The notes under the pieces: generated by a model
Database searches by the model: none
Told to the model about the DNA's origin: nothing
What the model saw: the letters and a program-made list of their open reading frames with translations, nothing else
DNA from: Arcobacter sp.
Lineage (GTDB): Bacteria; Campylobacterota; Campylobacteria; Campylobacterales; Arcobacteraceae
Assembly (NCBI GenBank): GCA_965662175.1
Contig: CBFIGT010000045.1
Coordinates: 1 to 17,005 of the forward strand
Direction of reading: 5' to 3'
DNA: 17,005 nt
Made by a program: the position numbers and the translations under genes
Shown: positions 9,857-17,005 of the stretch, one piece after another
Numbering within the stretch: position 1 is the first letter of the stretch
Layout: every line of letters starts with the position of its first letter

Positions 9857-9879
9857 GGCCACTTTAAACTTATGGAGAA

Positions 9880-12348
9880 ATGATGGATAGCATATATAGT
9901 ATTAATATAGAGAGAGCAGTTTTAAGTTCAATTTTATTTAACCCAGATGAGATTGAAGATGTATTAGGAATATTGAAACCAAAAGATTTTTATTTGCCTG
10001 CTCACCAAAAAATATTTGCTGTTATGGAAAAACTTCATAATGATGATATGCCAATTGATGAAGAGTTTATTAGAAGAAGAGTTGACCAAAAAGAGGTTGA
10101 TGATAATATTTTAATAGAGATACTCTCAGCTAATCCAATAACAAACACTTTAGCTTATGTAAAAGAGATAAAAGATGGAAGTGTAAAAAGAGAGTTAGCA
10201 ACACTTGCTACAACTATTAAAAAAGTTGCTATTGAAGATGATATAGCAGCCGCTGAAGCTGTTGATACTGTTCAAAATGAGTTATATAAAATCACAACAG
10301 ATTCAGCTTCAAGTGAATTAAAAGATATCCATGAAATAACAGACGACACCTTATCTTATATAAAAAGAATGAAAGAGCTTGGTGGAAAACATCTAATAGG
10401 TGAAACAACTGGATTTTATGATTTAGATAAAAGAACAACAGGGTTTAATGAAGGGGATTTGATAATAATTGCAGCAAGGCCTGCTATGGGAAAATGTTTA
10501 GGTCGTGGTACAAAAGTCTTAATGTATGATGGAAGTTTGAAAAAAGTTGAAGATGTAAAGGTTGGAGATCAACTTATGGGAGATGATTCGACTCCTAGAA
10601 ATGTTCTATCAACTACAACAGGTAGAGAACAAATGTATTGGATAAGACAAAATAAAGCAATTGATTATAGAGTTAATGAATCCCATATTTTGTCATTAAA
10701 AAGAAGTCGTAATGAAAGTTATCATAAAAATGGGGATATTCTAAATATCAATGTTAAAGAGTATTTAGAAAAAAGTGATAAGTTTAAAAGTAATTATAAA
10801 GGGTATAAAGTAGCTGTAAACTTTGAAGAAAAAGAGCTAAATATAGAAGCATATTTTTTAGGAGTTTGGCTAGGAGATGGTGCTAGTAGAAAAGTTTCAA
10901 TTTATACGGAAGATGAAGAAGTAGTTGATTATCTCAATAATTATGCTAATAGATTGGATTTAACGGTGAGAGAGTACAAGGCCCATGGAAAGTGTCCTGA
11001 ATACTCTATTACAAATGGAAAACAAATTGATGGTAAAACTGCTTTCTCTTTACAAAAACTATTAAGAGATGAAAATTTAATTGAAAATAAACATATTCCT
11101 GAAAATTATTTGATTAATAGTGAAAAGATTAGATTAGAACTTTTAGCAGGTTTAATAGATAGTGATGGCCATTATGATGAACAAGCTAATGGATATGAAA
11201 TAACTCAAAAAGATTATAAATTAGCTAATCAGATTAAATTTTTATGTGATACTTTAGGATTTAGGACTTCATTAATAAGTAAAAAAGCTGCTATAAAAGA
11301 GATTGATTTTGAAAGTGAAGTTTATAGAGTTAGAATTTTTGGTGATATAGACAAGACTCCTGTAAAAATTGAGAGAAAAAAAGCTAAAAAATGGACTTGT
11401 AACAGAACTTGGAATCAAACAGGTATAAGTGTTGAAAAAGATATTGTTGATGAATATTTTGGATTTGTAATTGATGGAAATAAACTTTTTTTACTTGAAG
11501 ATATGACAGTAACTCATAACACCGCACTCGTTCTTAATATGGCCCTAAAAAACGTTGAAGCTGGAAAAGGTGTTATATTTTTCTCACTTGAAATGCCAGC
11601 TGAACAATTAATGCTAAGAATGTTAGCTGCTAAAACTTCAATACCCTTACAAAATCTAAGAAAAGGTGATTTAGATGACCAACAATGGTCAAACTTAAGT
11701 GCTGCTTTTGAGGATTTAAATAAGAAAAAACTATTTGTTGATGATGGTGGAAGTGTTAATATTAATCAACTTCGTGCAAGGGTTAGGAAACTAGCACAAA
11801 GGGAAGAGAATAATATCTCTATGGTTGTAATTGATTATTTACAACTTATGCAAGGTACTGGAAATAAAGATAGACATCAAGAGGTTTCTGATATTTCAAG
11901 GGGTTTAAAAATGCTTGCAAGGGAGATGAAAATTCCAATTATTGCCTTGTCTCAGTTAAATAGGGGAGTTGAAAGCAGACCTGATAAAAGACCAATGTTA
12001 AGTGACTTAAGGGAATCAGGTGCCATCGAGCAAGATGCTGATATTATTATGTTTGTATATAGAGATGATGTTTATAAAGAGAGAGATGAAGCTAGAAAAG
12101 AGAAAGAAGCAAAAGATAAGGGTGAGGATTATAAATCAACTTTTCAAAATAAGCCAATAGAAGAGGCTGAGGTAATTATAGGTAAACAAAGAAATGGACC
12201 AATTGGTACTGTAAAACTTGATTTCCATAAAGCACTTACCAAATTTGTGGATAAAGAGCATAGTGGTGAAGCACCAATTGAAATAGTATTTGAAACTGTT
12301 GCTGATGTTCAAAAAGAGACAAATATTGATATGCCAAATATTTTATAA
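9880..12348 (+). CDS. dnaB: Replicative DNA helicase DnaB precursor containing an intein (about 480 aa after splicing)
   Basis: N-terminal ERAVLSSIL..DFYLPAHQKIF; Walker A AARPAMGK|T split by the intein; FSLEM; IDYLQLM; SQLNR; SDLRESGAIEQDAD; KQRNGP. The GGAG SD at 9874-9877 better fits the second ATG at 9883. Confidence 0.98.
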   Translation: MMDSIYSINIERAVLSSILFNPDEIEDVLGILKPKDFYLPAHQKIFAVMEKLHNDDMPIDEEFIRRRVDQKEVDDNILIEILSANPITNTLAYVKEIKDGSVKRELATLATTIKKVAIEDDIAAAEAVDTVQNELYKITTDSASSELKDIHEITDDTLSYIKRMKELGGKHLIGETTGFYDLDKRTTGFNEGDLIIIAARPAMGKCLGRGTKVLMYDGSLKKVEDVKVGDQLMGDDSTPRNVLSTTTGREQMYWIRQNKAIDYRVNESHILSLKRSRNESYHKNGDILNINVKEYLEKSDKFKSNYKGYKVAVNFEEKELNIEAYFLGVWLGDGASRKVSIYTEDEEVVDYLNNYANRLDLTVREYKAHGKCPEYSITNGKQIDGKTAFSLQKLLRDENLIENKHIPENYLINSEKIRLELLAGLIDSDGHYDEQANGYEITQKDYKLANQIKFLCDTLGFRTSLISKKAAIKEIDFESEVYRVRIFGDIDKTPVKIERKKAKKWTCNRTWNQTGISVEKDIVDEYFGFVIDGNKLFLLEDMTVTHNTALVLNMALKNVEAGKGVIFFSLEMPAEQLMLRMLAAKTSIPLQNLRKGDLDDQQWSNLSAAFEDLNKKKLFVDDGGSVNINQLRARVRKLAQREENNISMVVIDYLQLMQGTGNKDRHQEVSDISRGLKMLAREMKIPIIALSQLNRGVESRPDKRPMLSDLRESGAIEQDADIIMFVYRDDVYKERDEARKEKEAKDKGEDYKSTFQNKPIEEAEVIIGKQRNGPIGTVKLDFHKALTKFVDKEHSGEAPIEIVFETVADVQKETNIDMPNIL
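10495..11520 (+). mobile_element. Class 1 intein (342 aa) with a LAGLIDADG homing endonuclease, inserted in the DnaB P-loop
   Basis: Begins Cys1 (CLGRGTKVLMYDG), block B VNESH, LAGLIDADG motifs YFLGVWLGDG (10852-10881) and LLAGLIDSDG (11140-11169), ends VTHN followed by +1 Thr. Removal restores ARPAMGKTAL. Confidence 0.97.
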
Positions 12349-12357
12349 GGAGATATT

Positions 12358-13107
12358 TTGTTAAAAATAGTTGATATAGAAAAGATAAAAAATATTGCTC
12401 TAGAAGCTAGTGTTGTGATTATGGAAATCTATAATAAAGATTTTTCTGTAGAGTATAAAGATGATAAATCACCTTTAACTGAAGCTGATTTAAAATCAAA
12501 TGAGATTATTTGTAATAGTCTAAAAGAGCTTTATCCAAATATTCCAATTATGTCTGAAGAGAATAAGCAAACTCCATATAAGCAAAGAAAAGATTGGGAA
12601 TATTACTTTTGTGTAGACCCAATAGATGGTACAAAAGAGTTTGTTAAGAAAAATGGTGAGTTTACTATAAATATTGCTTTGATGGAAAATAATATTCCAG
12701 TTTTAGGTGTGGTTTATGCTCCAGCAATTAATACAATGTATAGTGCTAAGAAAGGTGAAGGTGCTTTTAAAAATAGTACTAAACTTCCAATAAAAAGAGA
12801 TGATGAAAAATATATAATAGTTGCTAGCAAATCTCATATGTCAGAAAAGACTCAAGAATATATTGATAGTATAAATACATCAAAAGATAAAGAGTTGATT
12901 TCAATGGGAAGCTCACTAAAACTTTGTTTAGTAGCTGAGGGAAGTGCTGATTGTTATCCAAGAATTGCTCCAACAATGGAGTGGGATACGGCTGCTGCTG
13001 ATGCTATTGTTAGGGAATCAGGAAAGATGACTTATCAGTTTGAAACATCTTTGCCTATAGTTTATAATAAAATGGATTTGTTAAATCCTAATTTTTTAGT
13101 GAAATAA
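12358..13107 (+). CDS. cysQ: 3'(2'),5'-bisphosphate nucleotidase CysQ (inositol monophosphatase family; TTG start)
   Basis: KDDKSPLTEAD, SEE, VDPIDGTKEF, GEFTINIAL, GSSLKLCLVAEG, YPR, EWDTAA. AAGGAG SD upstream. Confidence 0.95.
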   Translation: MLKIVDIEKIKNIALEASVVIMEIYNKDFSVEYKDDKSPLTEADLKSNEIICNSLKELYPNIPIMSEENKQTPYKQRKDWEYYFCVDPIDGTKEFVKKNGEFTINIALMENNIPVLGVVYAPAINTMYSAKKGEGAFKNSTKLPIKRDDEKYIIVASKSHMSEKTQEYIDSINTSKDKELISMGSSLKLCLVAEGSADCYPRIAPTMEWDTAAADAIVRESGKMTYQFETSLPIVYNKMDLLNPNFLVK

Positions 13108-13134
13108 GTACTTAATTTTATAAAAAGAGTTTAA

Positions 13135-13860
13135 ATGACATATGATTTTTGGTGTGATTATAAGTTTATTCCTTATGAATTGGTTTTAAAATTTGATGTA
13201 AGATTACATAATGTAATTAAAAAGTTAGAGAATTTTTTTAAAGATGTAAAAATTAACTCCTATGAAGATGAAAAAATTATATTTTATATTGCTGGTTCTT
13301 GTATTAAAGCAGATACCTTTAGGGATATTGATGTTTTTTTTCCTACAAAAGATATCTTAAATAAGGTATGTAAAAATATAAATAAAGAGTATTTTCTTTA
13401 TGAAAACAATGCAAATACCTATAAATATGATGATGATATTATTCAGATTGTTTATAGGGAAAAGTTTTTAAATCAAAATATTTCATATATTGTTGATATA
13501 TTTGATTTTTACTCTACGAAAATTGCTTTTAAATGTGAACTTGATACAAATAATTTCTCTATTAAAGTTCTTCAATCAGATATTAGAGAGGAGTTTATAA
13601 GTTATTTATTAACCAAACGAAACTCTTTAACAAGAGTTAATATTAATCCTTTTGTATCACTTCAAAGGGCAATTAATTTTTTAAAAAGAGGTGATGATAT
13701 ACCCTTTTCTGTTTTTTTAAATATATGTTCAAAAATATGTGAAATTGATAAAAATGATAGTATTGAAAAATATTTAGAGAGATTACAAGGTGATGATGAA
13801 AAGCTAGAAGAGATAAAGGAATCAATAATAGAATTTATGAAAATTTACAAAAGCAAGTAA
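13135..13860 (+). CDS. Hypothetical protein, probable Pol-beta-superfamily nucleotidyltransferase (minimal, class II/PolyA_pol-like head)
   Basis: YIAGSC-x7-DIDVFF (GS...DxD signature: G54, S55, D64, D66), then IQIV, FDFYSTKIAF and SLQRAINFLKRG. The ORF is clear; the function is inferred from motifs only. Confidence 0.6.
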   Translation: MTYDFWCDYKFIPYELVLKFDVRLHNVIKKLENFFKDVKINSYEDEKIIFYIAGSCIKADTFRDIDVFFPTKDILNKVCKNINKEYFLYENNANTYKYDDDIIQIVYREKFLNQNISYIVDIFDFYSTKIAFKCELDTNNFSIKVLQSDIREEFISYLLTKRNSLTRVNINPFVSLQRAINFLKRGDDIPFSVFLNICSKICEIDKNDSIEKYLERLQGDDEKLEEIKESIIEFMKIYKSK

Positions 13861-13923
13861 CTAACTATATTATAAATAAATAATAAATTTTCTTACTATA
13901 AAAGAAAACATTCAAAAAAATGA

Positions 13924-13932
13924 TGATATAAT
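13924..13932 (+). promoter_or_regulatory. Extended -10 promoter TGATATAAT for pilin-gmhB
   Basis: Perfect TGnTATAAT about 30 nt before the ATG; AAGGA SD at 13951-13955. Confidence 0.6.
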
Positions 13933-13961
13933 TTCTTTAATTATATATTAAAGGATTAATC

Positions 13962-14360
13962 ATGAACAAAAAAAGTGCATTTTCTCTATTAGAGTTAATA
14001 TTTGCAATTGTAATTATAGGTGTTATAGCAAGTGTTGCTATTCCAAAGTTTATGGACACAAAAGCAGATGCTGAGGCTGCTACAATTAAACAGGATATTA
14101 GTACAATCGTTAGTTCTGTTAGGTCTTATGTGATGGTTGGAAATACGTTTTCTGATTTCGATTCAGTTTTAACACTAAATAAAAACACTTGGACGGGTTC
14201 TGATACAGCTACAATTAAATCTACAGATACTGACGAATGTGTTACAATAGCAATTGCTGATGATAAGCTTAATATTACAGTTGCTGATGCTGAAGCAGGA
14301 ACAATTTGTGAAAAACTTGTTGCTCTTGGAGTAGCTACTACAGAGTATGAATTAAATTAA
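13962..14360 (+). CDS. Type IV pilin / type II secretion pseudopilin (prepilin N-terminal cleavage/methylation motif)
   Basis: Class III signal MNKKSA|FSLLELIFAIVIIGVIASVAIPKF with Glu at +5; short globular domain with two C-terminal Cys. Confidence 0.9.
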   Translation: MNKKSAFSLLELIFAIVIIGVIASVAIPKFMDTKADAEAATIKQDISTIVSSVRSYVMVGNTFSDFDSVLTLNKNTWTGSDTATIKSTDTDECVTIAIADDKLNITVADAEAGTICEKLVALGVATTEYELN

Positions 14361-14373
14361 AATTAGGATAAAG

Positions 14374-14904
14374 ATGCAAAAAGCAGTTTTTTTAGACCGT
14401 GATGGTGTTATAAATATTGAAAAAGATTATTTATATAAAGTAGAGGATTTTGAGTTTATTGATGGTGTTTTTGAAGCTTTAAGAATGTTTCAAAAAGATG
14501 GATTTAAACTTTTTATTATAACTAATCAATCAGGTATTGGAAGAGATTATTACTCAAAAGAGGATTTTCTTAAATTAACATCTTGGATGATTGGAGAGTT
14601 TAATAAAAGAGATATTATTATCTCTCAAGTTGAATATTGTCCCCATGGTCCTGAAGATAACTGTTTTTGTAGAAAACCAAAAATTGGAATGATAGAAAAT
14701 ATCTTAAAAAATCACAAGATTGACTTGGAAAACTCTTGGTTAATTGGTGATAAGAGTTCTGATATTAAGTGTGCTATTAATGCAAAAATAGGAAATACAA
14801 TTCAAGTGAAATCAGGTCATAGTTTTGATGAAAAAAGTTCACTTGCTGATTTTGTTTGCAATTCAATTAAAGATGCGTCTACAAAAATTATTCCTTTTTC
14901 CTAA
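14374..14904 (+). CDS. gmhB: D-glycero-D-manno-heptose 1,7-bisphosphate phosphatase (HAD family)
   Basis: FLDRDGVIN, TNQSGIGR, Zn-binding CPH...CFCRKP, GDKSSD; close to hldD and hldE. Confidence 0.95.
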   Translation: MQKAVFLDRDGVINIEKDYLYKVEDFEFIDGVFEALRMFQKDGFKLFIITNQSGIGRDYYSKEDFLKLTSWMIGEFNKRDIIISQVEYCPHGPEDNCFCRKPKIGMIENILKNHKIDLENSWLIGDKSSDIKCAINAKIGNTIQVKSGHSFDEKSSLADFVCNSIKDASTKIIPFS

Positions 14905-15685
14905 TTCTTAAAAATGAGGCAAATTTTGGTTTGCCATTTTTTGTGAAATCATAATATTTAAAAGTAACTATTTCACCAATTTTAGGTGGATTTTCCCTAT
15001 TCTTTTTTGAAAAACCATTTCCTAAATTAAATATAACTCCATTTTGTAATTTTAAGACTAAACTTTTCATTTTTTCATTATTATAATTAATATTAATTAT
15101 TTCACCCTCCATATCATAAAATTTTTTTACTTTTAAGGAGTTTGCATTTCTTCCATTGATATAGGATAAATTAGGATTTTTTATAATTACACCTTCACCT
15201 TTTTTTAATAAAATCTCTTCTAAAAACTCATCTAACATAGCTTTATTTTTGCATTTTATTTGTTTAATTACTTTTGCATTTTTATTATCATGCATTAAAA
15301 ACCAATTTTCTACTTTTTTTAATCTTTCTTGAAAATTTCCACTGGAATTTGGGGCTTCAAAAATATTATAAGTAATTTCACTCCATTTTGAAGATGGAAC
15401 TTTATCTAAAACTATCGATTGAATATTTTCAAAATCATCCCTTTTACTCCATAATTCACCATCTAAAGGAAAAGGTGGGAAATTTTTAGTGAAATTTTCT
15501 GGACTATAAATTTTATTTCCATTTTTTGTTAATAACTCTTTCCCATTCCAATATGCTCTAATTCCATCAAGTTTTTCGCTCATAAGCCAATTATTAATTT
15601 CTTGATTTTGATAAGTTTTTGGTTTATCTAATTCAAGTGATAAAACTAAATTGAATAAAATAATAAGAAATAATAAAATACGCAT
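14888..15685 (-). CDS. Minimal ATP-dependent DNA ligase with an N-terminal signal peptide (Lig E type)
   Basis: Signal-like MRILLFLIILFNLVLS; motif I SEKLDGIR (KxDG); LDGELW; EGVIIK; LKVKK; OB domain VTFKY..TKNGKPKFASFLR. No DNA-binding or LigD accessory domains. Confidence 0.92.
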   Translation of the reverse strand: MRILLFLIILFNLVLSLELDKPKTYQNQEINNWLMSEKLDGIRAYWNGKELLTKNGNKIYSPENFTKNFPPFPLDGELWSKRDDFENIQSIVLDKVPSSKWSEITYNIFEAPNSSGNFQERLKKVENWFLMHDNKNAKVIKQIKCKNKAMLDEFLEEILLKKGEGVIIKNPNLSYINGRNANSLKVKKFYDMEGEIININYNNEKMKSLVLKLQNGVIFNLGNGFSKKNRENPPKIGEIVTFKYYDFTKNGKPKFASFLRIRKKE

Positions 15686-15758
15686 AAATATCCTAATAAA
15701 TAATTTAAAATATTATATTGTAAATTGTATAATTTTATTATAAAATCGTAATTTTTAT

Positions 15759-15769
15759 TTGGATAAAAT
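15759..15769 (+). promoter_or_regulatory. Putative sigma70 -10 promoter for hldD-hldE (TTGGATAAAAT)
   Basis: gnTAAAAT about 28 nt upstream of the ATG; identical 11-mer upstream of dnaB. Confidence 0.45.
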
Positions 15770-15797
15770 AATTGCTATTTATGAAAAGTAGGTAAAT

Positions 15798-16808
15798 ATG
15801 AAATATACAGAATATAATTTTAACAATAAAACAATTTTAATAACAGGTGCCGCAGGATTTATAGGCTCTAATTTATGCTTCTATTTTCAAGAAAATTTTC
15901 CTAAATCAAATATTATTGCCCTTGATACTTTTAGAAGTGGTGAGACATTAAGCAATGGAAATTTAAAATCTTTTGGACACTATAAAAATCTTTTAGGTTT
16001 TAAAGGTAAAGTCATAAGTGGTGATATAAATGATGAAACTATTTTAATGAAAATAGATGATGAATATAGTTTAGATTTTATTTTTCACCAAGCAGCAATC
16101 TCTGATACAACAGCAAGTGAGCAAGATTTGATGATAAAAACAAATGTAAATGCTTATGAGGATTTACTAAAACTTGCAATAAAACATGAAGCAAATATGG
16201 TTTATGCAAGTAGTGCAGCAACTTATGGAAATGCTCCTAGCCCACAAACTGTTGGATGTGAAAATCCTGGAAATGTTTACGGATTTAGTAAACTTATGAT
16301 GGATAATATTACAAATAAATATTTAAAAGATAATCTCAATATCTCTATTGTAGGATTAAGATATTTTAATGTTTATGGACCAAGAGAGTTTTATAAAAAT
16401 AAAACAGCTTCAACTGTAGTTCAGTTTGGACATCAAATATTAGCTGGTAAAACACCAAAACTATTTGAAAATAGTGATAAAATTTTAAGAGACTTTATAT
16501 ATATTGAAGATATTATACAAGCAAATATAAAAGCAGCAACTACAAAATATAGTGGAATATACAATATTGGAACAGGAAAAGCTAGGTCTTTTCAAGATAT
16601 TGCAGATATCTTACAAAAAGAGTTAGGTACAAATTTAGGGACTGAGTATATTCCAAATCCATTTGTTGGTCAATATCAGTTTCACACTGAAGCTAATATT
16701 GAAGAGAGTAGGAAATATTTAGGCTATGAGCCAAGATTTGAAATGGAAGATGGAATAAAAGCTTATATTGAAGAGATAAAAAGATTATATGATACGGAGG
16801 TTAAATAA
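15798..16808 (+). CDS. rfaD: ADP-L-glycero-D-manno-heptose 6-epimerase (HldD/RfaD/GmhD)
   Basis: ITGAAGFIGSN, FHQAAISDTT, YASSAATYG, YGFSK (YxxxK), GLRYFNVYGPREFYK, YQFHTEA. Confidence 0.96.
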   Translation: MKYTEYNFNNKTILITGAAGFIGSNLCFYFQENFPKSNIIALDTFRSGETLSNGNLKSFGHYKNLLGFKGKVISGDINDETILMKIDDEYSLDFIFHQAAISDTTASEQDLMIKTNVNAYEDLLKLAIKHEANMVYASSAATYGNAPSPQTVGCENPGNVYGFSKLMMDNITNKYLKDNLNISIVGLRYFNVYGPREFYKNKTASTVVQFGHQILAGKTPKLFENSDKILRDFIYIEDIIQANIKAATTKYSGIYNIGTGKARSFQDIADILQKELGTNLGTEYIPNPFVGQYQFHTEANIEESRKYLGYEPRFEMEDGIKAYIEEIKRLYDTEVK

Positions 16809-17005
16809 TGGAAAGAATTTTACAAAATGACAAAAATCCAAATATATTAGTAATTGGTGATTTAATGGTTGACCACTATTTGTGGGGAACGTGTGACAGA
16901 ATATCTCCTGAAGCTCCTGTTCAAGTTATTGATGTACAAAAAGAGACAAAAGTTTTAGGTGGTGCTGGTAATGTTATAAATAACCTTTTAAGTCTTGGTG
17001 CTGAG
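16808..17005 (+). CDS. rfaE1: Heptose 7-phosphate kinase / bifunctional HldE, 5' part (runs off the right edge; not in the ORF track)
   Basis: TAATG stop/start overlap with rfaD; MERILQNDKNPNILVIGDLMVDHYLWGTCDRISPEAPVQVIDVQKETKVLGGAGNVINNLLSLGAE carries the diagnostic GDxMxDxY..RISPEAPV and LGGAGNV motifs. Confidence 0.95.
   Translation, partial: MERILQNDKNPNILVIGDLMVDHYLWGTCDRISPEAPVQVIDVQKETKVLGGAGNVINNLLSLGAE

Noticed and set aside
9773..9862. 30-aa N-terminal extension of the reductase in the ORF track
   Set aside because: It covers the divergent promoter region; the ATG at 9772 has an SD and directly precedes the Rossmann motif.
11521..11553. Cluster of C-ending codons (ACC, CTC, GCC, AAC) just after the intein, a possible homing co-conversion tract
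   Set aside because: Too short to judge by eye, and similar codons occur elsewhere in dnaB; needs alignment with intein-free alleles.
12070..12165. Charged insertion in the DnaB C-terminal domain (KERDEARKEKEAKDKGEDYKS...)
   Set aside because: No splicing residues, so not a second intein; corresponds to the known helical insertion of Helicobacter/Campylobacterota DnaB.
13888..13908. TTTTCTT...AAGAAAA inverted repeat between the NTase and pilin genes
   Set aside because: Almost all A/T with no U-tail; expected by chance at this base composition.
1..17005. CRISPR arrays, tRNA/rRNA genes, IS elements, prophage genes
   Set aside because: Intergenic gaps are all about 110 nt or less, with no repeat-spacer periodicity, cloverleaf, transposase or integrase motifs.

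Overview
AT-rich bacterial chromosomal window, most likely Campylobacterota (Arcobacteraceae-like; inferred from gene content, the epsilon-type DnaB insertion and the promoter style). It is mostly housekeeping. Minus strand: cvpA-lysS-glyA-SPOR protein-trpE (trpE truncated by the left edge) and an orphan Cache/PAS histidine kinase. Then ispG, a geranylgeranyl-reductase-family flavoprotein, dnaB-cysQ-hypothetical, a lone type IV (pseudo)pilin, gmhB, a signal-peptide-bearing ATP-dependent DNA ligase (Lig E type), hldD/rfaD and the start of hldE/rfaE1. Highlights: (1) a 342-aa intein with an apparently intact LAGLIDADG homing endonuclease splitting the DnaB Walker A motif (GK|T), with a Hint domain resembling the yeast VMA/PI-SceI type; (2) the 241-aa hypothetical after cysQ carries Pol-beta/class II-like nucleotidyltransferase motifs and looks like a minimal stand-alone NTase of unknown function; (3) ispG appears leaderless, and its promoter is an 18/20 inverted copy of the cvpA promoter on the other side of the kinase gene; (4) a pilin and Lig E are interleaved with ADP-heptose genes. 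No rRNA, tRNA, CRISPR array or IS element was seen.
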